Assembly (NCBI RefSeq): GCF_964204645.1
Contig: NC_134033.1
Coordinates: 14,640,655 to 14,704,654, forward strand
Length of the DNA: 64,000 nt
DNA from: Tubulanus polymorphus
Lineage: Eukaryota > Animalia > Nemertea
Reading direction: 5' to 3'
Part shown: positions 11,001 to 22,587 of the stretch, in pieces
How the letters are laid out: every line of letters starts with the position of its first letter
Position numbering within the stretch: position 1 is the first letter of the stretch
The notes under the pieces: generated by a model
Told to the model about the DNA's origin: nothing
Seen by the model: the letters and a program-made list of their open reading frames with translations, nothing else
Databases searched by the model: none
Position numbers and translations under genes: made by a program

Positions 11001-14000
11001 CCTCGTCGTACGCCAACGCTGAAATTTGAAAACAATACGAAACGTCAAGGCGGTCGCCATCCTCTCCAGGCAGGGGTTCGAACCCGATGGCATCGCTACA
11101 CTCAGCAGCACCGTACGATATCTTGACGGCATCAGGCTCGAATCGCTGCCAAGGGATGACGGGCAGTGGTCGTCATTGAAGTTATATATGATATCATCGT
11201 AAAGCTTGCCGACTTAGCCGCGGAACACCGGCCCACAGTTAAGTGATGGGAAAGTATTGGACGACCGTCGTAGTATCCAACAATGGATTAACATACGTAC
11301 CAATCGTGCCGTCAGTGTCACTGTTGGTCTGCACCAAATCGTATCTGAAATAGTAAATCATTTTCTAACATCTGCTTTTATGATATTAATCACGTATTCT
11401 TGTAATTTTCCTACAGTCGTCACCGCCATATTCCATCAAGTGTTAATTACGCATGTTTGAAAAGACGAATTATCACCTCGTCCAAGCTTGTAAGTGGTCA
11501 ATGCCGTGGCTCGAGCGGAGTTCGACAAATTTTCTACCGATATTTTGTAGTACTTTGAGAGCGTTTATTCTGGTTTTCGAGTCATCCTGGGTATGACTGT
11601 AGGCGGCGTCGTAAGTGTACCAACTGCGCTCCTATATCGAAATAAACGACAAAACGAAGAAAGCGCGCGTTTTAACGGCGGTATTTTCCCAAAAACACGA
11701 GACGTTGTTGATTTCTAACTACGAAGAGAGCTAAGGGAGAATTGAACGTTTCGAGAACCGAAAACTGCTTTAGCTCGTGTGTACCTCATCAATGAAGATC
11801 CCTTTGTTCCAAATTTTTATGTCCACGTTCTCCACGGTTGCAAATTCCCCATCAATCTGGAAACGACAAATACACATAAACCGATCTTAGTTTAAAGACG
11901 ATGAAATCATCGAAGTTTGGCCTGAGTTAGTTAGGTATGATGTTGTTTATGCGGTAAATAGGCCGAGAATAATGATTAGGGACCAATGGTCGCAATATTT
12001 ATAACAATATGGAACTCGTAAAATAAAGTAACGTTAAATGCATCCTCCCCGGGAGGACTTGAACCTGGTGGCATCGAGACTCGACACGTTACGAAACCCT
12101 GCCACAGCCAATCAGATATCCCGTTTAAACCGGGTTTTTTATCCGTGATATTAGCCTCGGTGATTAAACAACGGGAAATCTGATTGGTGCTGCAAGTTTT
12201 CTTGCGGCAAACCTGCGCATGTACCTGCGCACCCGGTCTAGTGTGGCAGGGTTTGTCGTGGCGTTGCCATCAGGTTCGGATCCCTGCCTAGAGAGGATGC
12301 GTTGAATGTTTCTGGTTTTAAGACTTGAAATAATTAAAATGACATTTTCCGATCTTATGGTTCGAGCCCCAAATAAAAAAAGAAACTAGCGATACTGTTA
12401 CTACCAAGATCTTTAAATATGTCTACATGGGTAATGATTTTACTTGAAAAACTGATAATAAACATTCTGAGAAATAATACCATGTTCATCATATGGTCGT
12501 ATTTATTTCTGATCTCCTTCAAAGCTTTGACTTTGTCGCCTTCCATCTTCACCCAACTGAAAAAAAAACAGTCAATATCGATAAGGTGCGAGTCAGTGTT
12601 AAAAACTGTTCATTCGTCGAAGAACGTAAACTGACTGATTGAATATAGTATGATCGACTAGAAATGCGAGCTCAATGTCATATCGGGGAATTGTAGCTGT
12701 TTGTCTTTTATTCACGCCATCCTTTCCAGGTTTTCCATTGTTTTTATCATCGTCGCCAGGTGGCAGTGGTGGTACGATAGCTCGGTCTTCGCCTTGTGGT
12801 GGTACGAGTTTAGACGGTTTTACAGTTGGTGGTTTAACCTCGTCGTTCTCAAACGAACGTAAAATCTGTTCATTCTTCTTCCGTATGGTTTCTCGTTCTG
12901 TGCTTATAAATGGCGCTAATGCAGGCGGCGGTGTCGTTTGGTCTCCCATCGTGGCCGTTGTAGCATGCGCTTTCTCTAAGAGACTTCTTACAACTTCTGA
13001 AATTAAAGAAAAACCAAAATCGTCCAATTCTCTGCCCGATAGCAAAATGCGTCGTACATGCAATTTCGAAAATTATAAAATTTGCCACCTTTAACCTCGC
13101 TTTCGCTTCGTTTGTAGACCACGTGTAAATCATTTGCCACCGGACCGCGTTTCGATAAGAATGACCTTGACATTGGTTTGATCTGGTAGAGGGTTCGTCC
13201 GACGTAGAAGTTCCCGTTCTGTAACCGAAATCAAAGAGATTAATGTATTTAGGGAATGCATTATTGCACTTTCAGAAATTAACGAACAGGATGAAAATAC
13301 GTAAAATTCTCCTAGTAATTCTCCCTCGGTCGTTCTTTTCTGACGTCACAGTAATGGCCGCGCGTTTAGTCGGGTCTTGATAGTGTTTCGTTTCCTGTAC
13401 AATACATGATGACAATTTTCAGTGATTATATGTGAACATTCCAGATGAGTCACGTAATAGTGGGCGTTCTTAGGGATATTTTGGTTCAAATTCTTCCAAA
13501 AGCACCAAATTCATACCAGATGTCAATCATACTGTATATTTTCGATTTCCTGACCCTGAAAACCCCTTTTAACATACGTTACACGCCAGACTGGTGATTC
13601 TAATCATTGGTCAGTGGCCCGAGTCCATTTACAGAGGACGGCCATCTTGGATTGCCCAATACGGTGGCCCCAAGCCACGTTCGTCTTGGCGTTCGGCGGA
13701 AATCGATAATATACAGCATGATTGACATCTGGTATGAATTTGGTGCTTTTGGAAGAATTTGAACCAAACGAACCAAAATATTCCCGTAGGTCCCTCCCAC
13801 TATAAGTCAAAGTAGACATGGTAAATCATTACAGATTTGTTTACCGGGTTTTCGAGTTTCTGGGCGTCGTATCGCTTCGTTTCTGGATTGTAACTATAGT
13901 AGTTCGAATTCTCAGTGTGGCGGACTCGTCTGAGATTTAGCGTGACGACATTTCCGTCGTCGCCGCGAAGTTCAAGTTCGAGCGATTCCGGAGTTATAGA

Positions 14001-14411
14001 CCTCGCAACAGCCCGTACGAAGTGGATATCTGAGGAAAAGACTAAGCGAATTTGATTTGATTTTGAAGTAAATTGGTGTAATTTCCATTTCTAGATCTTA
14101 AGACGATTTCTGACTAAAGTAAAATGTGCTGAAAAAGGATAACTTATTTCTCCTAATCGGTCGGGTCATTTTGTAAATCGCAACATTTGTAATCAGTTAA
14201 TTCTATTGCTGGGTCTTTTGAAGTTAGCTTGATCCCGATTTAAAGGAAATCAAAATGTACGGGGTAGATAGGCGGCCGGTCTGGTCGACTTTTAAGCTTT
14301 GAAGGAGAAACATTACATTTTTTGAGCCTTGATGCGTGTTTACATACCATCTTTAGTATAAACCAGTGCAATCAGCGCGGCTACCGTAACGTATACGAAA
14401 AACGCCTGCAT
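8097..14411 (-). CDS. Secreted reprolysin (M12B) / ADAMTS-like zinc metalloprotease, ~657 aa, no TSP1 repeats
   Basis: Exons (-): 14411-14348, 14029-13845, 13394-13284 (weak donor), 13218-13089, 12996-12636, 12556-12481, 11856-11785, 11631-11477, 11344-11301, 11018-10913, 10321-10139, 9548-9383, 9122-8939, 8626-8499, 8105-8097 (NV*). Features: signal peptide MQAFFVYVTVAALIALVYT; prodomain (NGNF..YQIKP..LHVVYKR); YDIELAFLVD; zinc motif HEVGHSVGAVHD; Met-turn NIMTP; ADAM cys-rich region (YPGFMYTAHEQC...AAEGTICGNSKWCIQGKCV); C-terminal CPYGD...CCKTC module. Confidence 0.88.
8219..8323. mobile_element. MITE family A (CATCCTCC...GGAGGATG), internally deleted copy
   Basis: TIRs catcctccaacggcagggattcgaacctaatggcatc / gatgccatcaggttcgaatccctgccatagggaggatg. 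Confidence 0.85.
8706..8921. mobile_element. MITE family C (tgataccttgttt...aaacaaggtatca TIRs)
   Basis: Inverted termini plus a shared internal gggtagataggc...gggtcaac block. Homologous copies at 10588-10793 and 14125-14328; right end alone at about 30850-30882. Confidence 0.75.
9168..9371. mobile_element. MITE family B (catcctcgcttgccagggtttgattgcctc TIR), left end degenerate
   Basis: gggtttgattgcctcctgccaaagctcacacc ... gaggcaatcagaccctggcaaacgaggatg; homologous to 18401-18606. Confidence 0.7.
9897..9994. mobile_element. Small palindromic MITE-like element
   Basis: gtctccgtggtggtcttatacact / agtgtaagaccaccacgaagac inverted arms. Confidence 0.55.
10588..10793. mobile_element. MITE family C copy
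   Basis: ttgataccttgtttctccgc ... gcggagaaacaaggtatcaa perfect TIR. Confidence 0.8.
11058..11158. mobile_element. MITE family A, short copy
   Basis: catcctctccaggcaggggttcgaacccgatggcatcgctacactcag ... ggcatcaggctcgaatcgctgccaagggatg. Confidence 0.75.
12041..12299. mobile_element. MITE family A copy with 9-bp TSD
   Basis: catcctcccc...gagaggatg, flanked by cgttaaatg (12032-12040) and cgttgaatg (12300-12308), an 8/9 match. Confidence 0.85.
13458..13802. mobile_element. Foldback/MITE with ~80-bp TIRs
   Basis: ttggttcaaattcttccaaaagcaccaaattcataccagatgtcaatcat...tcgatttcc (about 13481-13550) is the near-perfect reverse complement of about 13698-13767; outer tagtggg/cccacta ends. Confidence 0.8.
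14125..14328. mobile_element. MITE family C, degenerate copy
   Basis: Internal cgggtcattttgtaaa...ggggtagataggcggccgg...ttttaagct...ggagaaac matches the copies at 8706 and 10588. Confidence 0.65.
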
Positions 14412-14684
14412 TTCTACTCCTAGCTGAAAAAAATTCCTCCTCATAACTCTTCTAAATTTCAAAACAATTTCTAAAGCATTAAGGGCATACGACACTGGAA
14501 TAGAATTTAGCTTATTTTCTTTCTGAACAAACATTCGTACTAAGAGGTCATATTGAATTTACAAACATCAGAATCATGATACGATCCTATCCAAAGAACC
14601 AATTAGAAAACGCTCTACTTAATCGCATTTATAGTAGGCCTATTACTAAAGATACTGTGATCAATCATAACAAATAATGCTTAC

Positions 14685-14805
14685 CTTTAAGCTCTTTGAT
14701 ATCTACCCGTTTTTTGGTAGTTTCTCAATGGATATTCTGAATTTATATTCCGACGCAAATCAGACAGGATCTGCGATTGTTTTCGTCTATAAGTCTATAT
14801 ATACC
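14685..14805 (-). promoter_or_regulatory. Putative TATA promoter and non-coding first exon of the metalloprotease gene
   Basis: TATATATAGA on - at about 14794-14803; strong donor AAG|GTAAGC at 14685/14684; acceptor ttttcag at 14424, just upstream of the ATG. Confidence 0.5.
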
Positions 14806-17476
14806 CGTATCGTTTTAATGCGTACTTGATTATTACTTCATAGACATATCATTAACTGTTCACCTTTTGTTGAATAGCATACTCGAGTCAACCCACATGT
14901 TTCTCAGGTTTTTTCTCTCCTGGTGGAGGACCAAAATGTCGCCAAACCAAAGGGAACGAAGGACGCATATATATGAATATGGCTTATTTTTCAAGTACGT
15001 ATCAACAATATATGAAACAAATGAAAATACTTGAAAGCCCTACTTAAGTAACTCCAGTTACATCATGACTTGAATTTTATAAACTCCCGAATGGGCCGCA
15101 GAAGAAATTGCTCTAATTCCAGACAATGACCGCTTCACTAAGTATCGATAGTCATCAGCAGTTTATCAGTTGGTTACTTCTCTTTGAAAAACGAACCCTT
15201 CAATAAGCCAGGAAACTAACAGAAATACACTTGAGATAATCGGAAAAGTAAGCGTGAGAAAATGTGCGAACTAGCGATCAAGAATTTGGTCAACAGGTCT
15301 CCAGACGAGGGCGTATACATGCGCCGTTGCGTGAGAAACTCCAAGGCACACGACGTCACTGCGTATTACTTAGGGCGTATATATACGTATAAGCAGGGAT
15401 TCGAACCCGACAGAGAGAACGTCCTGATAGGCAGAGTGCGTACTCGTTCACAACGCCAACCGTGAACAAATAAAACATGAATAAACAAAACACAACGATC
15501 TATGATGTATGTTAGTTTTTTTCAACATGTTATTCATTTTTTTTTCAATTTTATTTTTCATTTATGATTTTCAATTGAGACATTGTAGAGAAAGAGAATA
15601 CAATAGATCGAGGCTGTACAATATACTCAGCATTTGATTAATAGTTTGGACGGAAGTTTATCATATATAGTATACGAGTAAGTATTGATTCATCAAAAAT
15701 TGTGAGATTTTTTTTTTTAAATATAAGAGATTTGTAACAATGTAACGAATAGATTTCATGTATATATATAAATGCATATACAAGCAGATATTTCAACATT
15801 TTGGATAATTCTTGTAGAAAATATAAACTAACGGAAACGAAAAATTTTATTTTTGAAAAACAATTGATTCATCATTAACAATGATCTTTACAAATACTAA
15901 GATGATCAAAATATTCTGTAAAGTGCCTGTGCTTTCATATATAATATCACACAAGGTGCGTCTTGAAGATGTGATTAGAATTGTTAACTAAGTAAGATAG
16001 CAATTTACCCAGACTATTCGCGACATTCGGCAATACAGCGGCGATCTTCAATTTCTGATTGATTTTAGATTATGATAATGATAACAATTATATTGACCTT
16101 CAAGGAGACAGTTTAAGATAATGAGGACGGTTGAACAAGAAGCCCATCAGAAGGCTGTTCGCGGCGGTGGGATGAACTTGATAATTTCAGTTGAAAGTAA
16201 TTTTCGTTGACAATTCCATTCGACATTCGACAATAGACCAATTGCACGTTTAGGGTGCGCCGGATTTTATTTCGTTTTGAAAATTTGTTCAATTTTGAGA
16301 AAATCGCCATGCAATAGTGTACCAGGTGGGCCCTCGCTTGCCACAAGTAGAATCCCCAATTGCCACAGAACCCTTGCCGACGACGTCCTATCATAAGTAT
16401 TACAGGATATATCACATTATTTAACGTTAATCATTATTTACAATATGAAAGGTCACACATAGAGCACAAATTAGCAGACTCGAATCTAATTGGATCATAT
16501 TGCGGTGAGTCAAACCCTGAGTGCTAATTGCAGCCCAGACGAAAGAAGGTTCAGTTCATTCAGTACGTGGCTATATCTACAACAATTTGAATCGCGATCG
16601 TTCACCTTTTTATCACTAGGGTGCGCTCTACTGACATTCCGCACTGATTGGTTCGATTTGTATGAATTCTTAATACAGAACGTTTCAAAAAACCAGACCT
16701 TCAGGAAATGGTCGATGACTGCGGTTGAAGTCAGTGTAGGGAGGTTATTCTGAATGCGGTTGTAGATGGGCTTGTTCAATAGCTACCCGCGGAAAATCGT
16801 TGATTTATGCCAAACAACTAGGAAGTGGCAGCGCGTATGATTAAAACACGGCGAAATTTCAACCGTCGTTAAATCTGACCACAAAACGATCGAAAAAAAG
16901 AATCAACAGATAAGCAATTGTTGATCTAATCGAAAATTTAGTATTTTCTGACGGTCTGGTTGTTTTTGTTGAAACGCTCCGCAGAACAATATGCTGATTA
17001 TTCCGAAGCCAATTAGTAAAAACCCGTAGCTTCGTATTATTTATTGATGTTGATGGTTTCATTCCGATGAATGTTTGAAATATTAGAGGACAAAATATCA
17101 TACAGCAAAAAATAACATGCGGATATATATATATTTTATGTATATATGGTATCAATCGGGAGTGGTAAAATGTTCATATTTTCCCCATACGGTTTATCCG
17201 CGATGTATTTCACGATAAAAACTCCCTATTTTACAACGCACAATGACAGACTGTCGTATTTCCGTCGGCATTTTGCGAGAGGGATTGCACGATTTCATCG
17301 AAAAGCGACTAAATAAATCCGAAAACTGGAAAACCGAGAACGTATCGAAATTAACTTTTCCTCAATGAACTTCGTAACCTGATTTGGTACGATTCAAGCA
17401 GAATCTCGATGCACGTACGTAATGAGAAAACTTTAGAGTAAAGCGATTCAAATTCATTTCGAGTGATTTTCAGATG

Positions 17477-17909
17477 CAGGGGTTGATCTATGGGTCTGAT
17501 TCAGGGAGGGTGGATCTATGGGTCTGATTCAGGGACGGGGTGCACCCCCGAAATAGGGCATATCATACAATGTTTAGGTGACCCTATTTACAAGCCTTTT
17601 GCTTATCGGGCACCTTCATTGATATTACAACTTCTTTACATATTTATATTTCTATTTAATTATGTATCAATAAAACTGAGTGTTATATTATGTTATAATT
17701 TCAATGTAAATAAAGATTATTATTATTATTATTACAATTAAAAGGGCGAAAATAAACTAATTTTTGAAAATTGGGAGAAAAACTTATGAATCCAAACTTG
17801 TTTAGGTAGTTTAATTTACATGTATTACATTTTGCCGTAAGATTTCTGGGCAACTTGATATTTTGGGAGGGGGCGCGCCCCCTGCACCCTTCCCTTGGAT
17901 CCACCCCTG
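17477..17909. mobile_element. caggggt...ggatccacccctg MITE interrupted by a LINE-like 3' tail
   Basis: Same termini as 6308-6490. Internal 17575-17735 ends in aataaag(att)n, typical of a retroposed 3' end. Contains a duplicated gatctatgggtctgattcaggga. Confidence 0.5.
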
Positions 17910-18148
17910 AGATTACTGAATATATACAACATGTGGCAAAGATTTTGTGCAATGATTCGGTAATATGAAATCTTGTTTTGATGACGTCAATGTGCAATCC
18001 CTCCGTATATGCACAAAATAACGTTAGCGTCGCGCACCGTTAGAATTTCAAAACATCGTTACATTATTTCTTCAAGATCGGCTAGAGAACGAGTGTGACC
18101 GGCATCGAAATATAGGTGGCGCGCCACGTGCGAATGAAAAGCCGCCCC

Positions 18149-18994
18149 CTATCCGTGAAATTCCGGAACTTCGTTACCGTCTAGCGTTAACGTATGCGTC
18201 ATGCCCTCGTTGGCGTTACCGCTGCTGGTTATGGTGATTCGGGCTTTATGGTCGAATATACAGAAGTCTAACTGAGCCCCTTCATCGGCGAAATTATCCT
18301 GAAATAAAAATCAAATGCGTATCCTGATTAAACAATAAGGTCTGATGAGTATTCCCGATAAAAATGTCCGATTTTCAGTGTTGAAGAGAATATTGTAGAC
18401 CATCTTCGCTTGCCAGGGTTTGGTTGTCTCCCGCCGAAGCTCACACCAACAACTAGCCTTGCGGCAAACTTCGTGGGTCCATCAAATTACCCGAGATTTC
18501 TCGGGCGGACAGGTTGCCGCTAAGCTGCCACATCTTGCCAATCAGATACGTGGTTTTTCACCGACAGTCAAATCGGGAGGCAATCAAACCCTGGCAAGCG
18601 AGGATGATTATTGACTTGCAGAATGTTGTAACAATGTGAATCCAAGACAATCCCAACACTAGATTGACGGATTAAGTGGATAGTCATAATGGGGCTGCTG
18701 ACCATAACTCTGACCCAATCCTGAGATCTATTGTAAGGGGGTAGCATGAATGAGGGGGCGGATGGGCACATTCTATTGTTGTTTCGCACCCGACAGGTTT
18801 GTACGGGTGACGCCAAATCAAATCAAATTTCCCCATCAAATAATTAGGCTAAGAGCAACTATTTAAAAGATCAAAAGTTGATCGAAGTACAAGTTGACAA
18901 CAGGATTCAACTACCACGTGACAAGAGAGTAAACCGAAACGTACTGTAGTTTCTACGAGTTCGTCGTTACACCAAACATCCATGCTGTCTTTGC
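18149..18994 (-). CDS. FAIM: Fas apoptotic inhibitory molecule (FAIM)-like, last two coding exons only
   Basis: Exon 18994-18945 (50 nt) encodes (G)KDSMDVWCNDELVETT. Exon 18298-18149 encodes DNFADEGAQLDFCIFDHKARITITSSGNANEGMTHTLTLDGNEVPEFHG*. These match the FAIM C-terminal domain (human EKDAMDVWCNGKKLETA GEFVDDG...SSGKRKEGIIHTLIVDNREIPE). Splice sites are canonical and phase-consistent. Confidence 0.8.
18401..18606. mobile_element. MITE family B in FAIM intron, degenerate 9-bp TSD
   Basis: catcttcgcttgccagggtttggttgtctcccg / cgggaggcaatcaaaccctggcaagcgaggatg; flanks attgtagac and attattgac match at 7/9. Confidence 0.8.
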
Positions 18995-19300
18995 CTATAA
19001 AACAGAACACAGCAAAAAAATAGACGATAGGTGATAATTGCATTAAAACACAAACAATAGAATAATGCCTTCAATCGAATTCCGATATTCTACGTCTGCG
19101 GCGATGAAAATATCTGTATAATGAAAAAAGAAACTAAAAGATATCGCGTTCCTGTTTCATCATTCAAGATCGATAACCCACGCGCCACCGAGTAACGTGT
19201 TGGGACGTCGTTCGAAGTATTTCGCAGTTGTAGCAGTAGATTCCGAAAGCTCGTAATGAGTGCGAATTATTGACAAAACAAAGTCAATAATGCCACCGTC

Positions 19301-19314
19301 GGTGCCATGGCAAC
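19301..19314. promoter_or_regulatory. RFX X-box-like motif
   Basis: GGTGCCATGGCAAC (13/14 to GTTGCCATGGCAAC), followed by a second GGCAAC half-site. Confidence 0.4.
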
Positions 19315-21182
19315 CGGGCAACGGTTTCCACAGTTTAACGTGTCTTAATTGGTTACGAAACTGTTTAAAAATGCGGTAAAGTTGATTATAACGGTCGTGT
19401 TGGTGTTGAGGGATGACTTTTTTTCGGGGTATTCAGAGACATAGCTCGCGCGCCACGTCGGCTGATGAATAATTTAAACGAGAGAGCTGCTCTACGCGTC
19501 GTCGTATATTCATAATTTGCTTTTTCTTCGCGCACAATTCTTTCATTTATCGACAATATCGAATCAACACGCCGCCGATATATCGTCTGAATATCTAGGT
19601 TGGTCGAATGATTACGAGATGCAATATTGCAAGTGATAATCGATGGAATGAAAGTATTCCACTGTTATGCATCCGGCGTTCATCGCCCTTATGAGTTGTT
19701 GATGTTTGTGAGGGATGAGAGATGGGAGCCTATAAGCAGTAATATAGGCGAGAATGAATCCAATCTAATTCAACAGAAGCCGAGTTGTAGCAAATTACCG
19801 TTGAAGTAAAAAACGGCTAATTTTGGGAATCTACTATTCTTGAGAATGTTTGTCAGGTCACCTCAGGGAATGATTTAGGGGTTGGTCTCGGAGGTCCGGG
19901 CCCCTGCCTTCCCTCTGAGGTTTACTTTTTCGTCAGAGATAGTTAAAACTTGCAAATTTGATCCTCTCGGAATTGGCATATTTTTATGTAATTCTTCGAA
20001 AATACCGATAGCTCATTACCGAGGGTGGGACCCGCTATGGCCTTTGACATTGGGGTTTACACACGAACTTGATGCAACAGTTATATGATTATTGAAGATG
20101 TCTGTCATGTAAACTGCCAATATGGCGTCGTTCTGTTGGGTCTGGTCTAGCTCTCTGTTTGTTCAATTTTATCAATAGTCGGTTCAAAGATGAATTATGC
20201 ACAACAAAATCAACACCGTCCCGAACAATCAAACCCGACGCTCTACTTATCGACCATTAGTATTCATTGTATTCGTCGAATGTATACGACTAAATTAATG
20301 TAATTGAAATTAATGGAACGAAAGAAAAATAACAATCTATCGAAGTACGCGACGAACGCCGCTTCGCCGTATTGTGTGCAGTTCTGGGAGGCACACAACG
20401 CGATTTTATTGTCAGATAAAAATAGACGAAACCATCACATTTTCAAGCATCGCACGTTCCCTCATCCAATATACGATGAATTGCCCGTCGAGATGGGGAA
20501 CGCGCTCGCTCGCTTCGCGGCTCTCGCTTGTTTTTATTTGGACGACGAATAATCGATACGACCTTGACGCGGATAGTCACGTGACGGTTGTTGGTATAGC
20601 GACTTTGATTCTCTTTGTTATTGGAATTTTTCTGGTATTCGTCCTCGATATCGAAACGATTACTTGTCCGGCTATACTAAACGTGTATAAGTACATACGA
20701 AGGGCCGTTGCAATTCGATTCGCAAGATTGTCGGTTCGATACTGTCTAGACGGTAGCTTTTAAAACCCGGAAAATCATTGTAAGATTCGGTATGTCACGT
20801 ACACATGGTGCCTGGTATGTATCGGGGGTCATTCGATAAATCGGTCAATGCGTTCACCTGTGATGTCGCGATATTGGCGGCATGTGGTTTTGGCACGCAG
20901 CAGACGGAATGCGAGTGATGATTACATATTCGAAAAGGTTTCTGAATCCCCGGTCCGAAGTGCCCAAAATATCAGGAATCGGCAGGATTCGAACCCTGCT
21001 GCTAGGACTTGGACCTATACTTACACAACGCTAAACTCATTGGCGTTTCATTAATCGTTAGATTCCAGACCCTCGTCGTGGCAGATGGCATATACGAGTG
21101 TGGAGGCACCGCGGCGCCCTTCCCTTTCTGTTTTCTGTAAGAAATGAAAAAGAAAAACTTAAGATCAGTGTCACCAATAATC

Positions 21183-21521
21183 CATCCTCCCCCGGCAGGG
21201 ATTCGAACCTGATGGCATCGAGATTGCCACGGCACGAAACCCTGCCATAATCGACCGTGTGCGCATATACATGCGCAGTTCAGATGATGTGATTTTTAGC
21301 CAATCAGAAATCCCGTTTTATTTTAGCCCGGGTTTTCCCATTTATAGTTCTTCCTTGAAATTTGCCTCAACGATTATACAACGAGCAATCTGATTGGTGC
21401 CGCCAGTTTTCGTTCGGAAAGCTGCGCATGTACCTGCGCACCCGGTCTACTGATGCAGGGGTTCGTGCCGTGGCTGAGTGTAGCGATGCCATCAGGTTCG
21501 AGTCCCTGCAGAGGGAGGATG
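21183..21521. mobile_element. MITE family A, longest copy, perfect 9-bp TSD
   Basis: About 60-bp TIRs (catcctcccccggcagggattcgaacctgatggcatcg...ccacggcacgaaaccctg); ccaataatc is duplicated at 21174-21182 and 21522-21530. Confidence 0.92.
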
Positions 21522-22587
21522 CCAATAATCATACATCCAGGTTGTACAAATATTATCGTTTTAGAATTCATTATAAGTTTATTACTCGACTAAAAAGTAC
21601 AATACAACATGAAATACACGAAAAGAAATAGTTAAAGAAAGTACTTCTACATTGTCAAGGACAAAAAGGTACCCCAAGGGGGAATAGTTTTATCAAAATC
21701 CATCGAAGAGCCGGTGAAGTATGATAGCATACGCATCAAATCTTTTCTTATGGAAAACATGTATGTTAATCAATACAGTACGGATGCAGTAATTATGATA
21801 ATAGTAAAAAAGTTGTTTATAAATTTGTAGAGCAACATCTTTACAATGTCATCGTTGCACTAGGAGATGGTTCAGATAAAAATTGCAGGATGTTCACCTC
21901 AGCAGAATATCCGACACAAAGTAATCAATTAAGATGGAAATTAAGACTAACCAAATAGGTTCGATTTTAAAGATAAGTTGTCAGAGTTCATCTAAAAGAC
22001 TTGGCTGTAAGACTGGATCTAAAATGACTGGGCATAAAAATTCCTTTGTGTGGGCGAGAAACCTCTCTCCAAGATTTCTATTTCACTAGCGGTTTCACCA
22101 GCTGATTAAAATCCTGACTGGAACGAATACATCCTAGTCGATTACATTATCAGTTAACAATGATTCTAAATATTCGCCGAACATAGTGTCGTTGAAAGAA
22201 CCGTAATGGCGGCGAGCAACTGTTAAATGGTAAATTGCATTTTAATGATGCACTTTACACAGCGCGCAGTATATTCGATTCGAGTGGAATCGACGGCTCT
22301 CGTGTTGAATAACAAACGGAGTTCTGTTCGAAGTTGAAGCCTTCGCAAATCCGAGTATTCAATATCTCTCAACCAGTGAATAATTGATGTCGCGGTGCAA
22401 AAGAAAAAACCGGCGAAGATCATCGCATTTTCTTGGAAAGCATATCAGCGCCGACACGTGGCCATTGACATTCTGATCATATGGCGCTAAGTACGAGTTC
22501 GATTGCTTTAATTTTACGAGGCTCTACAATCCTCAAATCCAGTCACCTTGGTTAGAAATTTGTCGTTGATATTTTGATGACAAGAGG

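Noticed and set aside
15480-16090. Decayed LINE 3' ends on - (also about 21590-22130)
   Set aside because: Only faint tail and Cys/His-like hints with many stops; not supportable without a repeat-library search.
20374-20763. 129-aa + ORF with a hydrophobic stretch, and a ~75-codon open frame on -
   Set aside because: No recognisable domain or convincing splice context; no FAIM similarity.
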